Shown: piece by piece, positions 13,446 to 26,413 of the stretch
How the letters are laid out: each line of letters begins with the position of its first letter
Numbering within the stretch: position 1 is the stretch's first letter
Translations under genes and position numbers: made by a program
Assembly (NCBI RefSeq): GCF_963921235.1
Contig: NC_086097.1
Location: 54,624,001 to 54,688,000 of the forward strand
DNA length: 64,000 nucleotides
Reading direction: 5' to 3'
Origin: Mobula hypostoma
Taxonomy: Eukaryota
The notes under the pieces: generated by a model
The model's database searches: none
Seen by the model: the letters and a program-made list of their open reading frames with translations, nothing else
Told to the model about the DNA's origin: nothing

Positions 13446-14699
13446 GCTGTAAAAAGTACTGAGAAATTGTATGTCTAAAAGAAGTATTAAAGAAACACCA
13501 AATGTTTTGTTTTTACCTCTCGTGTTTTGTTGGATTTGGTGGGAAATAGAGATTAGCATTATGGAAAACCATGATATGGGTGGTTTGTAGGAACACTACC
13601 ACTCCATCGCATGAAAGTTACCTGTGCACCGTTTTTGCAGGGCTGTGGATCTTTGGTTCATGAATTGATCAAATCAAGAGCAAAGTTTTTTTTAATATAT
13701 CATGGGAATGAATGGAGAAGGAAACAAGGTGTTGAAGGCTTTGGGATCAGAAATGATCACATTGATCAGCAATGCAGTTTTGGGTCCCTAGAGTTTAATC
13801 CTCGACCTAATGTTGTTAAAGTGAGAAGAACCAAGAATACTACAATTAGGCAAACCATGACAGCTGTTTGGATCTATTATTTCATTATTGTATGCTTTTG
13901 TTTCAAGATGTGGAGAAGAGCATTAACTAATTGATTGAAAAGTGAGTCTTTAAATCCCCTAAATAACCTAGACCAAGCAACAATCCCCATTAGAATAAAT
14001 GTAGCAATTTATAATTCCTCTTCCATCTAATATTGTTTTAAAAATAAATTGAAGAAAAAATGATTATGAACAATCCTGCTACATAAACATTTTGTCGATA
14101 AAAATGGCAGTAATCTTTATCCAGGATTACATAGGCAATTGCTCTATTTGTCCCCAAATCAAAGGAATGCACAAACCCAGCAAAACAAAACATAACACTT
14201 ACAATATATTATCAGATCAAATGTACTGCAGGCAATAGAAGATAAGAAGACTTTTTCCTCCCCAAAACATTTGAACATTGTACTATTTATTATTCTGCAG
14301 TTAAAATTCAGCGATGAACTATAGCCTAAATTGGCCACTCTTTTGCTGGTCCAACAAAAGGAACAGTTTGCAGGCCGTTCTACTGTTGACTTTTATGTCT
14401 GGTTGTTGCAAACACACTCTTAGACAATGCAGATGTCAGATGCCATTACACTTGATCTGCTGCTCTGCCAAAGGGCTCAATATGAAGTACAAAATGCAAA
14501 ATGTTCTGAGCGGAAGGGCCAGTTGCATTCTACACCTGGTAATTCCAATTAATAGGTTGGGGTTGCTGACCTTAGTAGTAAACTGCAGCAGTTTGTTTTA
14601 TTTGAAAGCAATATTAAACAGTTAGTACATTTTAAAAGTTAATACCTAGGGAACAGATTAATATTTTTATTTAAACCAGTCATGAAAAATGGTTTATTC

Positions 14700-14920
14700 C
14701 AGCACCACCTGTATGGATTTTGTATGTTCTCCCTGTGACTGTATGGGTTTCCTTCGCGTCCTCTGCTTTCCACCCCATGTCCAAAGATTTACTGGTTAGT
14801 AGGTTAATTGGTCATTGTAAATGGTCCTGTGATTAGACTAGGGCTAAATGGTGTGTTGTTGGATGGCGTAGTTCACTGGGCCGGAAGGCTGTGTCCCGCA
14901 TTGCACCTCAGAAGTAAGTA
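14700..14920 (+). mobile_element. V-SINE (HE1-like) fragment
   Basis: V-domain-like GTTCTCCCTGTGACTGTATGGGTTTCC...CCAAAGA...GGTTAATTGGTCATTGTAAAT. A more degenerate minus-strand copy lies at about 28780-28930. Confidence 0.7.
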
Positions 14921-14944
14921 ATTTTTTTTTTACAGTGAGCTGTC

Positions 14945-16835
14945 AACAGATGGAGGAGATCTCAAAAGGATTTTTTGCATCTGTATCTCTACCGGATATG
15001 GACACAGAGTCTATAAACTGAGGTATACAGTAACAAGATTATGAACCATATATGGAATATAGAAGAGGAGGCTTTTGCTGTCTTAAGGCAAATTAGGGTG
15101 GAAAAATACCCAGGACTTGACAAGGTCTTCCCTCGGATCTTAAGGGAAGTTAGTGTAGAAATCAGAGTTTGGCAGAGGTATTTAAAAAATCCCAAACTAC
15201 AGGTGAGATGCTGGAAGACTGGAGGATAGCAAATGTTCTTCTGTTGTTCAAGAAAGGTTCTAAGAATAAGACAGAAAATTATTGGTCAATAAGTCTGACA
15301 TTGGTAGAGGGTAAATTATTGGAAGGTAAATTATTGTAAGGTAAATTATTGAAATTATTACAAGTATTTGGATAGACAGAACCTGATTAGGAATAGTCAT
15401 AGTGGCTCTGTGCGTACTAGGTAGCATCTGATTAATCTTATAAAGTTTTTTTTGAAGAAGTTACCAGGAAAGTTGAAGAAGAAAAGGCGTGGATGTTGTC
15501 AAGATAGACTTTAACAAAGTGTTTAACGAAGTCCTGGATGGGAGGCTGGTCAAGGAGGTTCAGTCACTCGGTATCCAAGATGAGGTAGAAAATTGGATTT
15601 GACATTGGCTTCATGGGAGAAACCAAAGAGTGGTACCAGATGCAACACACACAAAATGCTGGAGGCACTCAGCAGGCCAGGCAGCATCTATGGAAAAGAG
15701 TACAGTTGATGTTTCGGCCAAAAGAGTATGTTGACTGTACTCTTTTCTATAGATGCTGCCTAGCTTGCTGAGTTCCTCCAGCATTTTGTGTGTCTTGTTC
15801 GGATTTCCAGCATCTGCAGATTTTTTCTTGTTAGTGGTCGAAGATGGTTGTCTCTCTGACTGGGGGCCTGTGACTAGTGGTGTGCTGCAGGGATCAGTGC
15901 TGGGTCCCTTTTCATTTGTCATCTCTGTCAATGATCTGGATGATAATGTAGCTAACTGGATCAGCAAATTTACAGATGACACTAAGACTGGGGGTGTACT
16001 GGACAATGAGGAAGTCTATCTAAGCTTGCAGCGGGATCTGGACCAGCTGGAAAAATAGCTAAAAAAAAAACGGCAGATGGAATTTAATGCAGACAAGCGT
16101 GAAGTGCTGCACTTTGGGAGGAGAAACCTGGGTAGGACTTGCAGTGGACAATGGGTCACTGAGGAATGCGATAGAACAAAGTGATCCATAATGGGGAGAC
16201 AAATCCATAATTCCTTGAAGGCGGTGTCACAGAGTGCTTTTGGCATACTGGCCTTCGTAAATCAGAGTTTTGAGTACAGGAGTTGGGGTGTAATAGTGAA
16301 GTTGTATCAGACATTGGCGAGGCCAAAGTTGGAGTATTGTATGCATTTCAGGTCACCTACCTACAGGAAAGATATCAATAAGATTGAAAGAGTACAGAGA
16401 AAATTTCGAAAGATGTTACTAAGACTTGAGGACCTGAGTTTTAGAGAAAGGGTGAATAGGTTAGGATTTAATCCCTGGTGCGTAGGAGAATGAGGGGGAA
16501 TTTAAAGAGGTATACAAAATTATGAGTATTAGAGTAAATACAAGCAGGCTTTTTCCACTGAGGTTGGGTGAGACTGGAACTTGATGTTATGTTTTAAGAT
16601 TGAAAGGTGAAATATTTAAGAGGAATCTTCTTCACATAGAAGATGGTGCGAGTGTGGAACAAGTTGCGAGTGGAGGTGGTTAATGCAGGTTCGATTGACA
16701 GAGGTTTGGATGTCCATGGATGGGAGAGGTATGGGGGGCTATGGTCCAGGTGCAGGTCGGTGGGACCAGGCAGAATACCAGTTCACACTGACTAGATGGA
16801 CTGAAGGGCCTGTTTTTGAGCTGCAGTGCTCTGTA
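14945..16835 (+). mobile_element. CR1 LINE (degenerate ORF2 3' half) with nested Penelope fold-back insert at about 15641-15833
   Basis: GVLQGSVLGP, KFTDDTK, RPKLEYC. The insert has inverted arms and a degenerate duplication (AGTGGTACCAGATG / AGTGGTCGAAGATG). Confidence 0.85.
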
Positions 16836-17556
16836 ACTTCATTCGACCTTCTTTCCCTGCAGCCTGTCGCAGGAATTGGCTGGGCCTCAAGCTTTAACAT
16901 CAAAGACAGGCATTGTTTGTATCAACTGAGTGTACAACTAAACACCAGATTGAGATTCCATCTCAGGATTACACTTTTTTTTTGCTGCAGCTAGTCCCAG
17001 TCTAAAATTAAAAATTCATATGGAGGAGGAGTGTTGGAAACATAATCCTTAAGCCCAACAATGAGGGCAGAATTGCAAAAATATTGCAAGAATACTAATC
17101 ATTTTTTTTACTGGAAATGGTCATGGTAAAATTCAATATTCACTAAATATTTATTGACCATTGCTGTTGAATTGATCCCTTAGGCTTGATAGAAAACAAA
17201 CATCCCCTTACAGAGACCTGCTCATGCAATAATTTTCAAATTGTATTAAGGTTCTGTCAGTTGTGATCTGCTTTATTTTGGTGATGTCTATCCTGGAGCA
17301 TTCCTTGCACTCACTAAAGAATTTTTAAATAAATGTCAAGGGCTTTTCAAATGCTCAAGCTCTCGGTGTTGGTGGTGGGGTAAATCAACCTCTTTCTATT
17401 GGAAATCAGCCTTCAAAAAAATTAGTGCATGACCCAGAAACCAACATTATGTCACTTTTCTCATTAGACGTTTTATCTCACTGTGCAGTTTCACTACAGT
17501 GTGACATTGTATTCAGATTAGCCACTCAGTTAATGCTGTGGCTGATCTCAACTTCA

Positions 17557-17754
<198 letters not shown>

Positions 17755-17869
17755 TTAAATCGCTACTCATCATTTGGAGCGAATGGAAAGCATTTCAAAT
17801 TGCTTAGTTACAAGTAGTTAGCAGAAGCTGTAACATCTTTCAACACACACAATATGCTGGCGGATAAAT

Positions 17870-18395
17870 CCATCTCCAATGCCAGCACATCATTTCTTAG
17901 ATAATGTGCCGAAATGCTCCAAGTGCAGTCAGACCAATTCCTTATAAAGCTTCAGGATTACATTCTTGATTTTATATTCTAGTTCTCTCAAAATGAATGC
18001 CAACATTGAGTTTGCCTTCATTACCACCAACTCTACCTGCAAGTTAACCTTTAGGAAAGGACCTCTCTAAAGAAGGGGGTTCCCAAACATGTTTATGCCA
18101 TTGCTTAATGGTATTGGTCCATGGCATAAAAGTGTTTGGGAACCCCTACTTTAGAGATTCCTGCACAAGGCCTCCCGAGTCCCTTTGTACCTCTGATTTC
18201 TAATTGCTCCCTGCTTAGAAAATAGTTTTATGCTTTTTTTAGCCTTCTACCAAAGTGCATGACCAGATATTGTTTTACACTGTATTCCATCTGCCACTTC
18301 TTTATGCATTCTCCTAATCTGTCTAAATCCTTCTGCAGATGCCCTGCTTCCTCAAAACTATCTGTCCCTCCATGTATCTTTGTATCATCCACAAA
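17870..18395 (-). mobile_element. CR1 fragment
   Basis: Reverse-complement similarity to other CR1 RT regions in the window. Hosts the hAT MITE. Confidence 0.7.
18073..18148. mobile_element. Tiny hAT (Charlie-like) MITE
   Basis: Palindromic, with TIR AGGGG(G)TTCCCAAAC / GTTTGGGAACCCCT and a degenerate 8-bp TSD CTCTAAAG / CTTTAGAG (Charlie-type NTCTAGAN). Inserted in a CR1. Confidence 0.7.
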
Positions 18396-18599
18396 CTTTT
18401 AGATTTTAGAATTGCCAGTAATGCACACACCACTGCCTCTACTTCCTCAGACGGCTGATGAAATTCAGCAAATCCCCAATAAGGATGAACTTTCAATCTA
18501 CATGGCCCTTGCACTTCATTTGTCCACCTGCACTACAATTTCTTTTTATCAGTAACACTATATTCTGCATTTATTCCTTTTGTACCTCTGCAATGTACT

Positions 18600-20700
18600 T
18601 TTGGAATGATCTGTCTGAAAGGGGTGGTATACATGTTCTTATCTCCTCAATGATGCTGAAGTTGAAAGGGTTGAAAGCTTCAAGTTTCTAGGAATGAACA
18701 TCAGCAACAGCCTGTCCTGGTCCAACCACAGCCAAGAAAGTTCACCAACACCTCTACTTGTTCATGAGGTTAAAAAAATGTGGCACGTCCCCATCGACCA
18801 TTACCAATTTTAATCAATGCACCATAGAAAGCACCCTACCTGGATGCATCATGGCCGCTCCACTCTGCCTGTGACTGCAAGAAGCTGCAGAAAGTTGTGG
18901 CTCAGTTCATCACATCACATCACAGAATCCAGCCTTCCATCTCTGGACTCCACCTGTACTGCTCGCTGCCTCAGTAAAACACTCAGCATAATCAACCCTG
19001 GATATTTCCCCTTCTCCCCTCTACCGCTGTGCAGAAGGTACAAAAGCCTGAAAGCATGTACCACCACGCTCGAAGACCGCTTCAACTCTGGTTTTAAAAG
19101 ACTACTAAATGGCTCCCCATTATGACAAGATGGATTCTTGACCTCACAGTCTACTTTGTTATGATCTTACACCTTATTATCTACCTACACACTGTGTAAT
19201 GATTTGATCTGCATGAACGATAACGCAAGACAAGCATTTCACTGTACCTGGGTGCATGTGACAATAAAAAGCTAATTCCAATTCCAAAGAGCTTCTCCCT
19301 GTATCTTGTACATACCACAATAACAAAGCAATTATCAATTAGCCAAGGAAATGTCTTTTAAGAATATAGAAAAAATACTTCTAAGGCATTAACTTTGCCT
19401 GCTCTCCCTATTCCTTTTCAAAGAATTCAGTATCATTATTCAAGCAAGATTTTCCCTTGTAAGATCTAAGCTGACTAAAAGCTGGGCCTCTGTACCTCCC
19501 TCTGCAACTGGATCCTCGATGTCCTCACCAGAAGACCAGAGTCTGTGTGGATCAGAAATAACATTCCTTTGAACAATACCTCACTTTTTTGCACTATTTA
19601 TTTAACACACACACTTCTTACAGAGGCCCAGGTTACAGGGCGAAGGCTGGGAACTGGGGTTGAGGAGGAGAAAAAAAAAGGATCAGCCATGATTGAGTGT
19701 TGGAACAGACTCGATGGGCTAGATGGCATAATTCTGCTCCTGGTCTTATGGTCTAACATCTCCACCTCTCTGATAATCAACACTGGTGCACTTCAAGGAC
19801 GTGTGCTTAGCCCACTGCTCTACTCTCTTTACACCCATGACTGTGTGGCCAGACACAGGTCAAAACTCATCTGCAAATTTGCTGATGACACAACTATTGT
19901 TGGCAGAATTTCAGATGGTAACGAGAGGGTGTACAGGAGGGAGATATATCAGCTAGTTAAGTGGTGTCGCAGCAACAACCTTGTACTCAGCATCAGTAAC
20001 ACCAAAGAATTGATTCTGGCCTTCAGAAAGGGCAAGATGAAGGAACAAACACCAGTCCTCACAAAGCCATCGAAAGTGTAAAGGGTGAGCAACTTCAAGT
20101 TCCTGGGTGTGAGCATCTCTGAGGGTCTATCCTGGGTCCAACATATTGATGCAGTTACAAAGAATGCACAACAGCATCTGCGTTTCATCAGGAGTTTGAG
20201 GAGATTGGTATGTCACCAAAGACACTTGCAAATTTCTACCGATGTACCGTGGACAGCATTCTAACAGGCTGCATCATCGCCTAGTATGCGAGTGGGGGAT
20301 ACTGCACAGGATCGAAATAAGCTGCAGAAAGTTGTAAACTTAGTTAGCTCCATCATGACACTAGCCTGCCCAGCATCCAGGAGAAAGGCCTCAGAAAGGT
20401 GGCATCCGTTGTTAAGGACCCCCATCACCCAGGACATGCCCTTTGCTCACTGCTACCATCAGGGAGGAGGTACAGAGGTCTGAAGATACACACTCAGTGA
20501 TTCAGGAACAGCTACTTCCCCTCTGCCATCAGATTTCTGAATGGACATTGAACCTATGAATAATACCTCACTACTTATTTAACACACACACACAGTTCTT
20601 ACTGTTATTCGGTTTTTATGATGTATCACACTGTACTGCAGCCATATAACAACAAATTTCATGACAGATGCTGGTGATATTAAAATTGATTCTGATTATA
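18600..20700 (+). mobile_element. Two Rex1/Babar LINE 3' fragments (about 18650-19285 and 19480-20700)
   Basis: NTGALQGRVLSPLLYSLYTHDC, KFADDTT, KTKELI-like motifs. Short tandem tails (AATTCC, GATTCT). Confidence 0.8.
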
Positions 20701-21104
20701 GTAGTTTTATTTCCAGTTTATATTTTTTCCTTTAGGATGGAGTTCATTACATTTCTTGCCACTAAAGAAGGCTACGAACAGCCAATAGTTTTGATATTAC
20801 TGTATATGCTTTTATCCTGCCTTTGCTTTGAGGAACCCATTCTCATGTGAACTCTGGTTTTTCTCTTAGGGGTGGTTCAGAGCAATGTACATTATTGAGG
20901 TACTCTGGACATCCATAAGGAATCCTGAGGATTCTGAAATATTTTGTGATACAAAGCAGACATTTTACTAATTGTTCAGAATCACTCTAATGGTTTTAAG
21001 ATTTACAACACCAAACTCAAAAAAGGGAAAGGAAAGAGATTAGGCATAAAGAAATAGGAGAAAAGAGTGCTGGAGGATAAAAAAAATTATGCAGTATGAC
21101 ATGA

Positions 21105-21650
21105 CATGGAGTACTGCATGCAGTTTTGGTCTCCTTACTTGAGGGATATACTGGCTTTGGAGCAGAGTGCAGAGGAGGTTCACCAGGTTGATTCCAGAGA
21201 TGAGGGGGTTAGACTATGAGGAGAGACTGAGTTGCCTGGGACTGTACTCGCTGGAATTCAGAAAAATGAGAGGAGAACTTATAGAAACTTATAAAATTAT
21301 GAAAGGGATAGATAAGATAGAGGCAGGAAAGTTGTTTCCACTGGTAGGTGCCACTAGAACTAGAGGACATAGCCTCAAGATTCGGGCGAGTAGATTTAGA
21401 CGGAGACGAGAAGGAATTGTTTTTCCCAGACGGTGGTGAATCTGTGGAATTCTCTGCCCAATGTAACAATGGAGGCTACCTCAGTAGATATGTTTAAGAC
21501 AAGGTTGGATAGATTTTTGCATAGTAGGGGAATTGAGGGTTATGGGGAAAAGGCAGGTAGGTGGAGATGAGTCCATGACCAAATCAGCCATGATCTCATT
21601 GAAAGGCAGACCAGGCTCGTGGCCTACTCCTGCTCCTATTTCTTATGTTA
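21105..21650 (+). mobile_element. CR1 3' fragment
   Basis: QRRFTRLIPEMRGLDYEERL...TRTRGHSLK plus 3' UTR. Confidence 0.85.
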
Positions 21651-22884
21651 ATGGAGAGTTGGAGACAACTGGGAAAGAGCAAGTGAAGGGGATAAAAAGG
21701 AAATTAAAAATAGTACAATATTATCTACTCTGTTTACATGCAGAGCTAAGATTTTAAGAAAATTTTACTAGTACTCTGTTGAAGAACATTTACTGAAGAA
21801 ATGTAAATTCCAGATCCAATTTCTGAACAGGAACTATAAAACAATATTCTACAGCCAGTTCAAATGATTAAAAATAAGAACCATGTAAATGAAGTTTCAT
21901 TCCTGTTCCTCAGTCTCTCTAGCAAAGTGAATAAAGACAACAAGATGTTATCAACTGTTATTTTCAATTTGATCCAAGGAAACTCACTTTATTGCTCTAG
22001 AGGTCTGAAGATCCAAAAGATTATGGAAGTAAGCAGGAAGTCTTTTGAAGCATGACACTGTGATTTCACAATGGAGTGCAGCATTTCATAGTTTTTTCCC
22101 AGTGCGGTAATTATGCAGATGTGAATAGGTAACAGTTATTGTTTCAATCATGGAAATTCGAATACAGAATTTATGAAGTGGAGATTAAAAGTAATATAAC
22201 AAACAAACAACTTTTTTGTTGGAAGTGTCTGAATAACTCCTGCCATTTATGTGTTTTGTTTTTCTAACTTGTTTCTTTTAATTAGGCAAACCAGTAAGCT
22301 GAATGGTGATCTGAGCAGCTACATAAAATACCATAATGCAGAAAAAGGAACTTGAAAAGATGTTTGATGACACTGGCAATTAAAAATATTCTGTCACAGA
22401 AACGGGACTTCTTCCTCAAATTTCTTCCTCTAGATACCTTATTTCAAAATATTCTGGCAGAGAAATCAATTTCCTGAATAGACACTTGGTTGGCTGGAAA
22501 TGATGCATCAACTATTGCATCAGAATATTTAACCAGAGTGATTAAGCAAAATGTATTTCCATTTTTAAACACAAGTAGCTTTGTGGCTTCAATTTTCTTT
22601 CATTCTTAATTTTCTTTCCAACTTAGTTTTGATAAATCTTTGTGCTGTTGGAAAATCCTCATCTGCAAACCCTCCACTGTCTCTATGTTTCCTATTCCTC
22701 AAGTTTCACACCCTGTTCAACCCTACCCTGACGAGAAATAAAATTTCCATGTAGTTCTTTCATTTTAGTATACTGTATTGCATTCCCACACACAAAAAAT
22801 TAAGCACATAGCTAATTGCCAGCATCTTTCAATATACTTATTTTCTGAGAAACAATAAGCAAGAGAGATAGAAATGAATAATGC

Positions 22885-23385
22885 CTTCCCATTCCCATAT
22901 GTCCATGGTCTCCTCTACTGCCGCGATGATGTTGGTGGAACAACACCGTATATTCCATCTGGGTAGCCTCCAGCCTGATGGCATGAACACTGATTTCTCA
23001 AACTTCCGTTAATGCCCCACCCCCCTCACCATTCCTCTCTCTCATCTTCTCTCCTTACCTGCCCATCACCTCCCTCTGGTGCTCCTCCCCCTTTCCTTTC
23101 TTCCATGGCCTTCTGTCCTCTCCAATCAGATTCCCCCTTCTCCAGCCCTGTATCTCTTTCACCAATCAACTTCCCAGCTCTTTACTTCACCTCTCCCCAC
23201 CCTCCCAGTTTCACCTCTCACCTTGTGGTTCCTCCTCCCCTCCCCCCACCTTCTTACTCTGACTCCTCATCTTTCCTTCTCCAGTCCCGATGAAGGGTCT
23301 CGGCCTGAAATGTTGACTGTACTTTTTTCCACAGATGCCACCTGGCCTGCTGAGCATTTCCTCCAGCATTTTATGTGTTGTTTTT
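22885..23385 (+). mobile_element. Penelope-type 3' end with degenerate hammerhead motif (23282-23319)
   Basis: GIY-YIG C-terminal remnant (EQHxIFHLGSLQPDGMN), pyrimidine-rich UTR, then CAGTC-CCGATGA-AGGGTCTCGGCCT-GAAATGTT-GACTG. Confidence 0.75.
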
Positions 23386-24014
23386 ATTCCCTCTTGTTCA
23401 TTCGCACAAAATTAAAAATCAAGAAAGCAAAGCTGAATAATTTTGTTTTATAAAATCCACGTTAAATGAATGGTTAAATGCTGGGATATTTAATTAACTG
23501 AATTTAATTTAATCTTTTCAAACCTTTCAGAGTTGGCATTTCTGAAAATATTTCCACTTACTTTGAAAAACATTTTCTCCTCAATCCATTTTTCAAAAAA
23601 TGCATTATTACTTGTGGCTCACAGGATCAAAGTAGCACTGCACAATGTTAATTTCCTGTCTTTTATCCATGACCTTTGTCTGTAATTACAGAAACTACAA
23701 AGTGTGCATAATTCTTAGTTGTTAAACATAGACTTCAAACAAAACGCTTGCACTGTATCAATGGGCTTTATTGATTGCATTGGCTCCTTACAGTTCTCAT
23801 AGTCAAGGGTGGTAGTGGGGACAAGCTCCCAATACTTATTAAATGCTCCCAATGGCATGCGTTTCAAATAGCCTCTGACAACCAAGTCCAGCTACTGGCC
23901 TCCATGTGTGGCTTAGCTACTAAGCCCATCAGAACCATTTCTACTGACAGGAGAAGGGGCAAAGGTGGGTTACTGGTGCCTTAAAACCAGTTACTTTGGG
24001 CAGATAGAGCTCAT

Positions 24015-26413
24015 CTACCTAGGGAGTTCACGACTGTTACTATCACAACTGTGTATATTCTGCCGCAGGCTGACACCGACCTGGCTCTCAAGGAACTGTA
24101 CGAGACCATCAGCACCCTGGAGACTGCACACCCAGAGGCTGCCTTCATCATCGCTGGTGACTTTAAAAGAGTGTGACTGTCTGAAGTTTCTCCAAAGTTT
24201 TGTCAACACATCCAGGTGAGCACACGGGGAGATAGCATACTCGATCACTGCTACTCTCCCTTCCGCAATGCTTACAAAGCGCTCCTCCATCGGCCATTTG
24301 ATCAGTTGGATCATTCCTCCATCTTGCTTCTGCCGATGTAGAGGCAGAAGCTGAAACAAGAGGCAGCCATGGTTAAAACCATCCACTGTTTGTCCGATCA
24401 ATCGGTCTCCATGCTACAGGACTGCTTTGATGACACCAACTGGAATGTCTTTCATGATGAGGATGTCTCCGAGTTCATGGATGCGGTCACAAGCTTTATC
24501 CGGAAGTGCATCAAGGATGTTGTCCCCCAAAAATTGGTCAGGGTCTATCCAAACCAGAACCCCCAGATAAACAGTTCCAAGCGAGCAGCACTTATCACAC
24601 GAGATAGAGCTTACATTGCCGGTAACCAACAGGAACTCAAGAAAAGTAGCTAACATCTATGCAAAGTCATCAAGGCAGAGAAATGACAATACAGGGACAA
24701 GGTCCAGACACAACCCTCCACCAACAACGCATGCAGCTTATGGCAAGGTCTGCACATCATCGCAGACTTCAAAGCTAACCGCAGTGGTGCTGCCAACATC
24801 GCTGCCTCTCTCCCAGATGAGCTAAATCTTTTATACGCTCGGTTCGATATCACCAACACTGAGCCCCCGAGGAGAGCCGCTGAAGCGACCTGCACCTTGG
24901 TCATCTCTGAGGCTGAAGTATGCAGCTGTTTACAACAAGTGGACAGTCGTAAGGCTATGGGACTGGACAGCATCCCAGGGTGGGTACTCAGGATATGTGT
25001 GGCACAACTGGCAGGTGTGTTCACTGACATTTTTATTCCCCTCCTGCTTCAAAACATCCACCATTGTCTCTGTACCTAAAAAGACCAGGGTAACATGTCT
25101 GAATGACTGGTGTCCTGTCACAATCATCTCAATAATAAGCAAATACTTTGAGAGGCTGGTCAAGGACTACATCTGCAGCTTGCTACCACCCACACTGGAC
25201 CCCCAACAATTTGTCTACTGACACAACCAATCAATGGATGACCACAATAGCCACAGCTCTACACACCATCCTTACTCATCTGGAGAAGGAGGACGCTTAT
25301 GTGAGAATGCTGTTCTTGCACTACAGTTCATCATTCAACACGATAATTCCCTCCAGGCTCGACAAGAAGTTCAGAGACCTTGGCCTTCACCCTGCCTCGT
25401 GCAGCTAGATCCTGGACTTCCTGTCAGCTCGCCAGCAGGTGGTAAGAGTGGGCTCCCTCACCTCTGCTCCTCTGACCCTCAACACAGGTTCCCCTCAGGG
25501 CTGTCTACTAAGCCCCCTCCTTTACTCACTGTATACCCATGACTGTGTCACCATCCACAGCTCCAATCTGCTAATTAAATTTGCTGATGATACTACATTG
25601 ATTAGCCTAATCTCAAATAATAACAAGGCAGCCTTCAGAGAAGAAGTCATCACCCTGACACACTGGTGTCGAAAAAACAACCTCTCCCTTAATGTCACCA
25701 AAACAAAGGAGCTGGTTGTGGACTACAGAAGGAATGGAGACAGGCTAACCACTATTGACATCAAGGGATTTGGAGTTGAGAGGTTGAACAGCTTTAAATT
25801 CCTCGGCATAAACATCACCGAGGATCTCACGTGGTCTGTACATACTGGCTATGTGGTGAAAAAAGCACAACAGCTCCTCTTTCACTTCAGACGATTGAAG
25901 AAGTTTTGTATGAGTCCCCAAATCCTAAGGACTTTCTACAGGGGCATAACTGAGAGTATCCTGACTGGCTGCATCACTGCCTGGTATGGGGACTGTACTT
26001 CCCTCAATCGCAACACTCTGCAGAGAGTGGTGCGGACAGCCCAGCGCATCTGTAGCTGTGAACTTCCTATTGTTCAGGACATTTACAGAGACAGGTGCAT
26101 AAAACGGGGGAAAGAATCATTGGGGACCTGAATCACCCCAACCACAAACTGTTCCAGCTGCTATCAATGGGAAACTGTACTGCAGCATAAAAGCCAGGAC
26201 CAACAGGCTCTGGGACAGCTTCTTCCACCAGGCCATCAGACTGATTAATTCATGCTGATACAATTGTATTTCTATGCTATATTGACTGTTCTGTTGTACA
26301 TACTATTTATTACAAATTACTATAAATTGTACATTGCACATTTAGACAGAGACGTAACATAAAGATTTTTACTCATGTACGTGAAGGATGTAAAAAAATA
26401 AAATCAATTCAAT
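24015..26413 (+). mobile_element. Rex1/Babar LINE, long 5'-truncated copy (APE remnant + RT)
   Basis: PREFTTV...AFIIAGDF, then VRMLFLHYSSSFNTI, TGSPQGCLLSPLLYSLYTHDC and KFADDTT. 3' (CAATT) tail. Confidence 0.9.

Noticed and set aside
15310..15360. GGTAAATTATT repeated three to four times
   Set aside because: Local slippage duplication inside a dead CR1.
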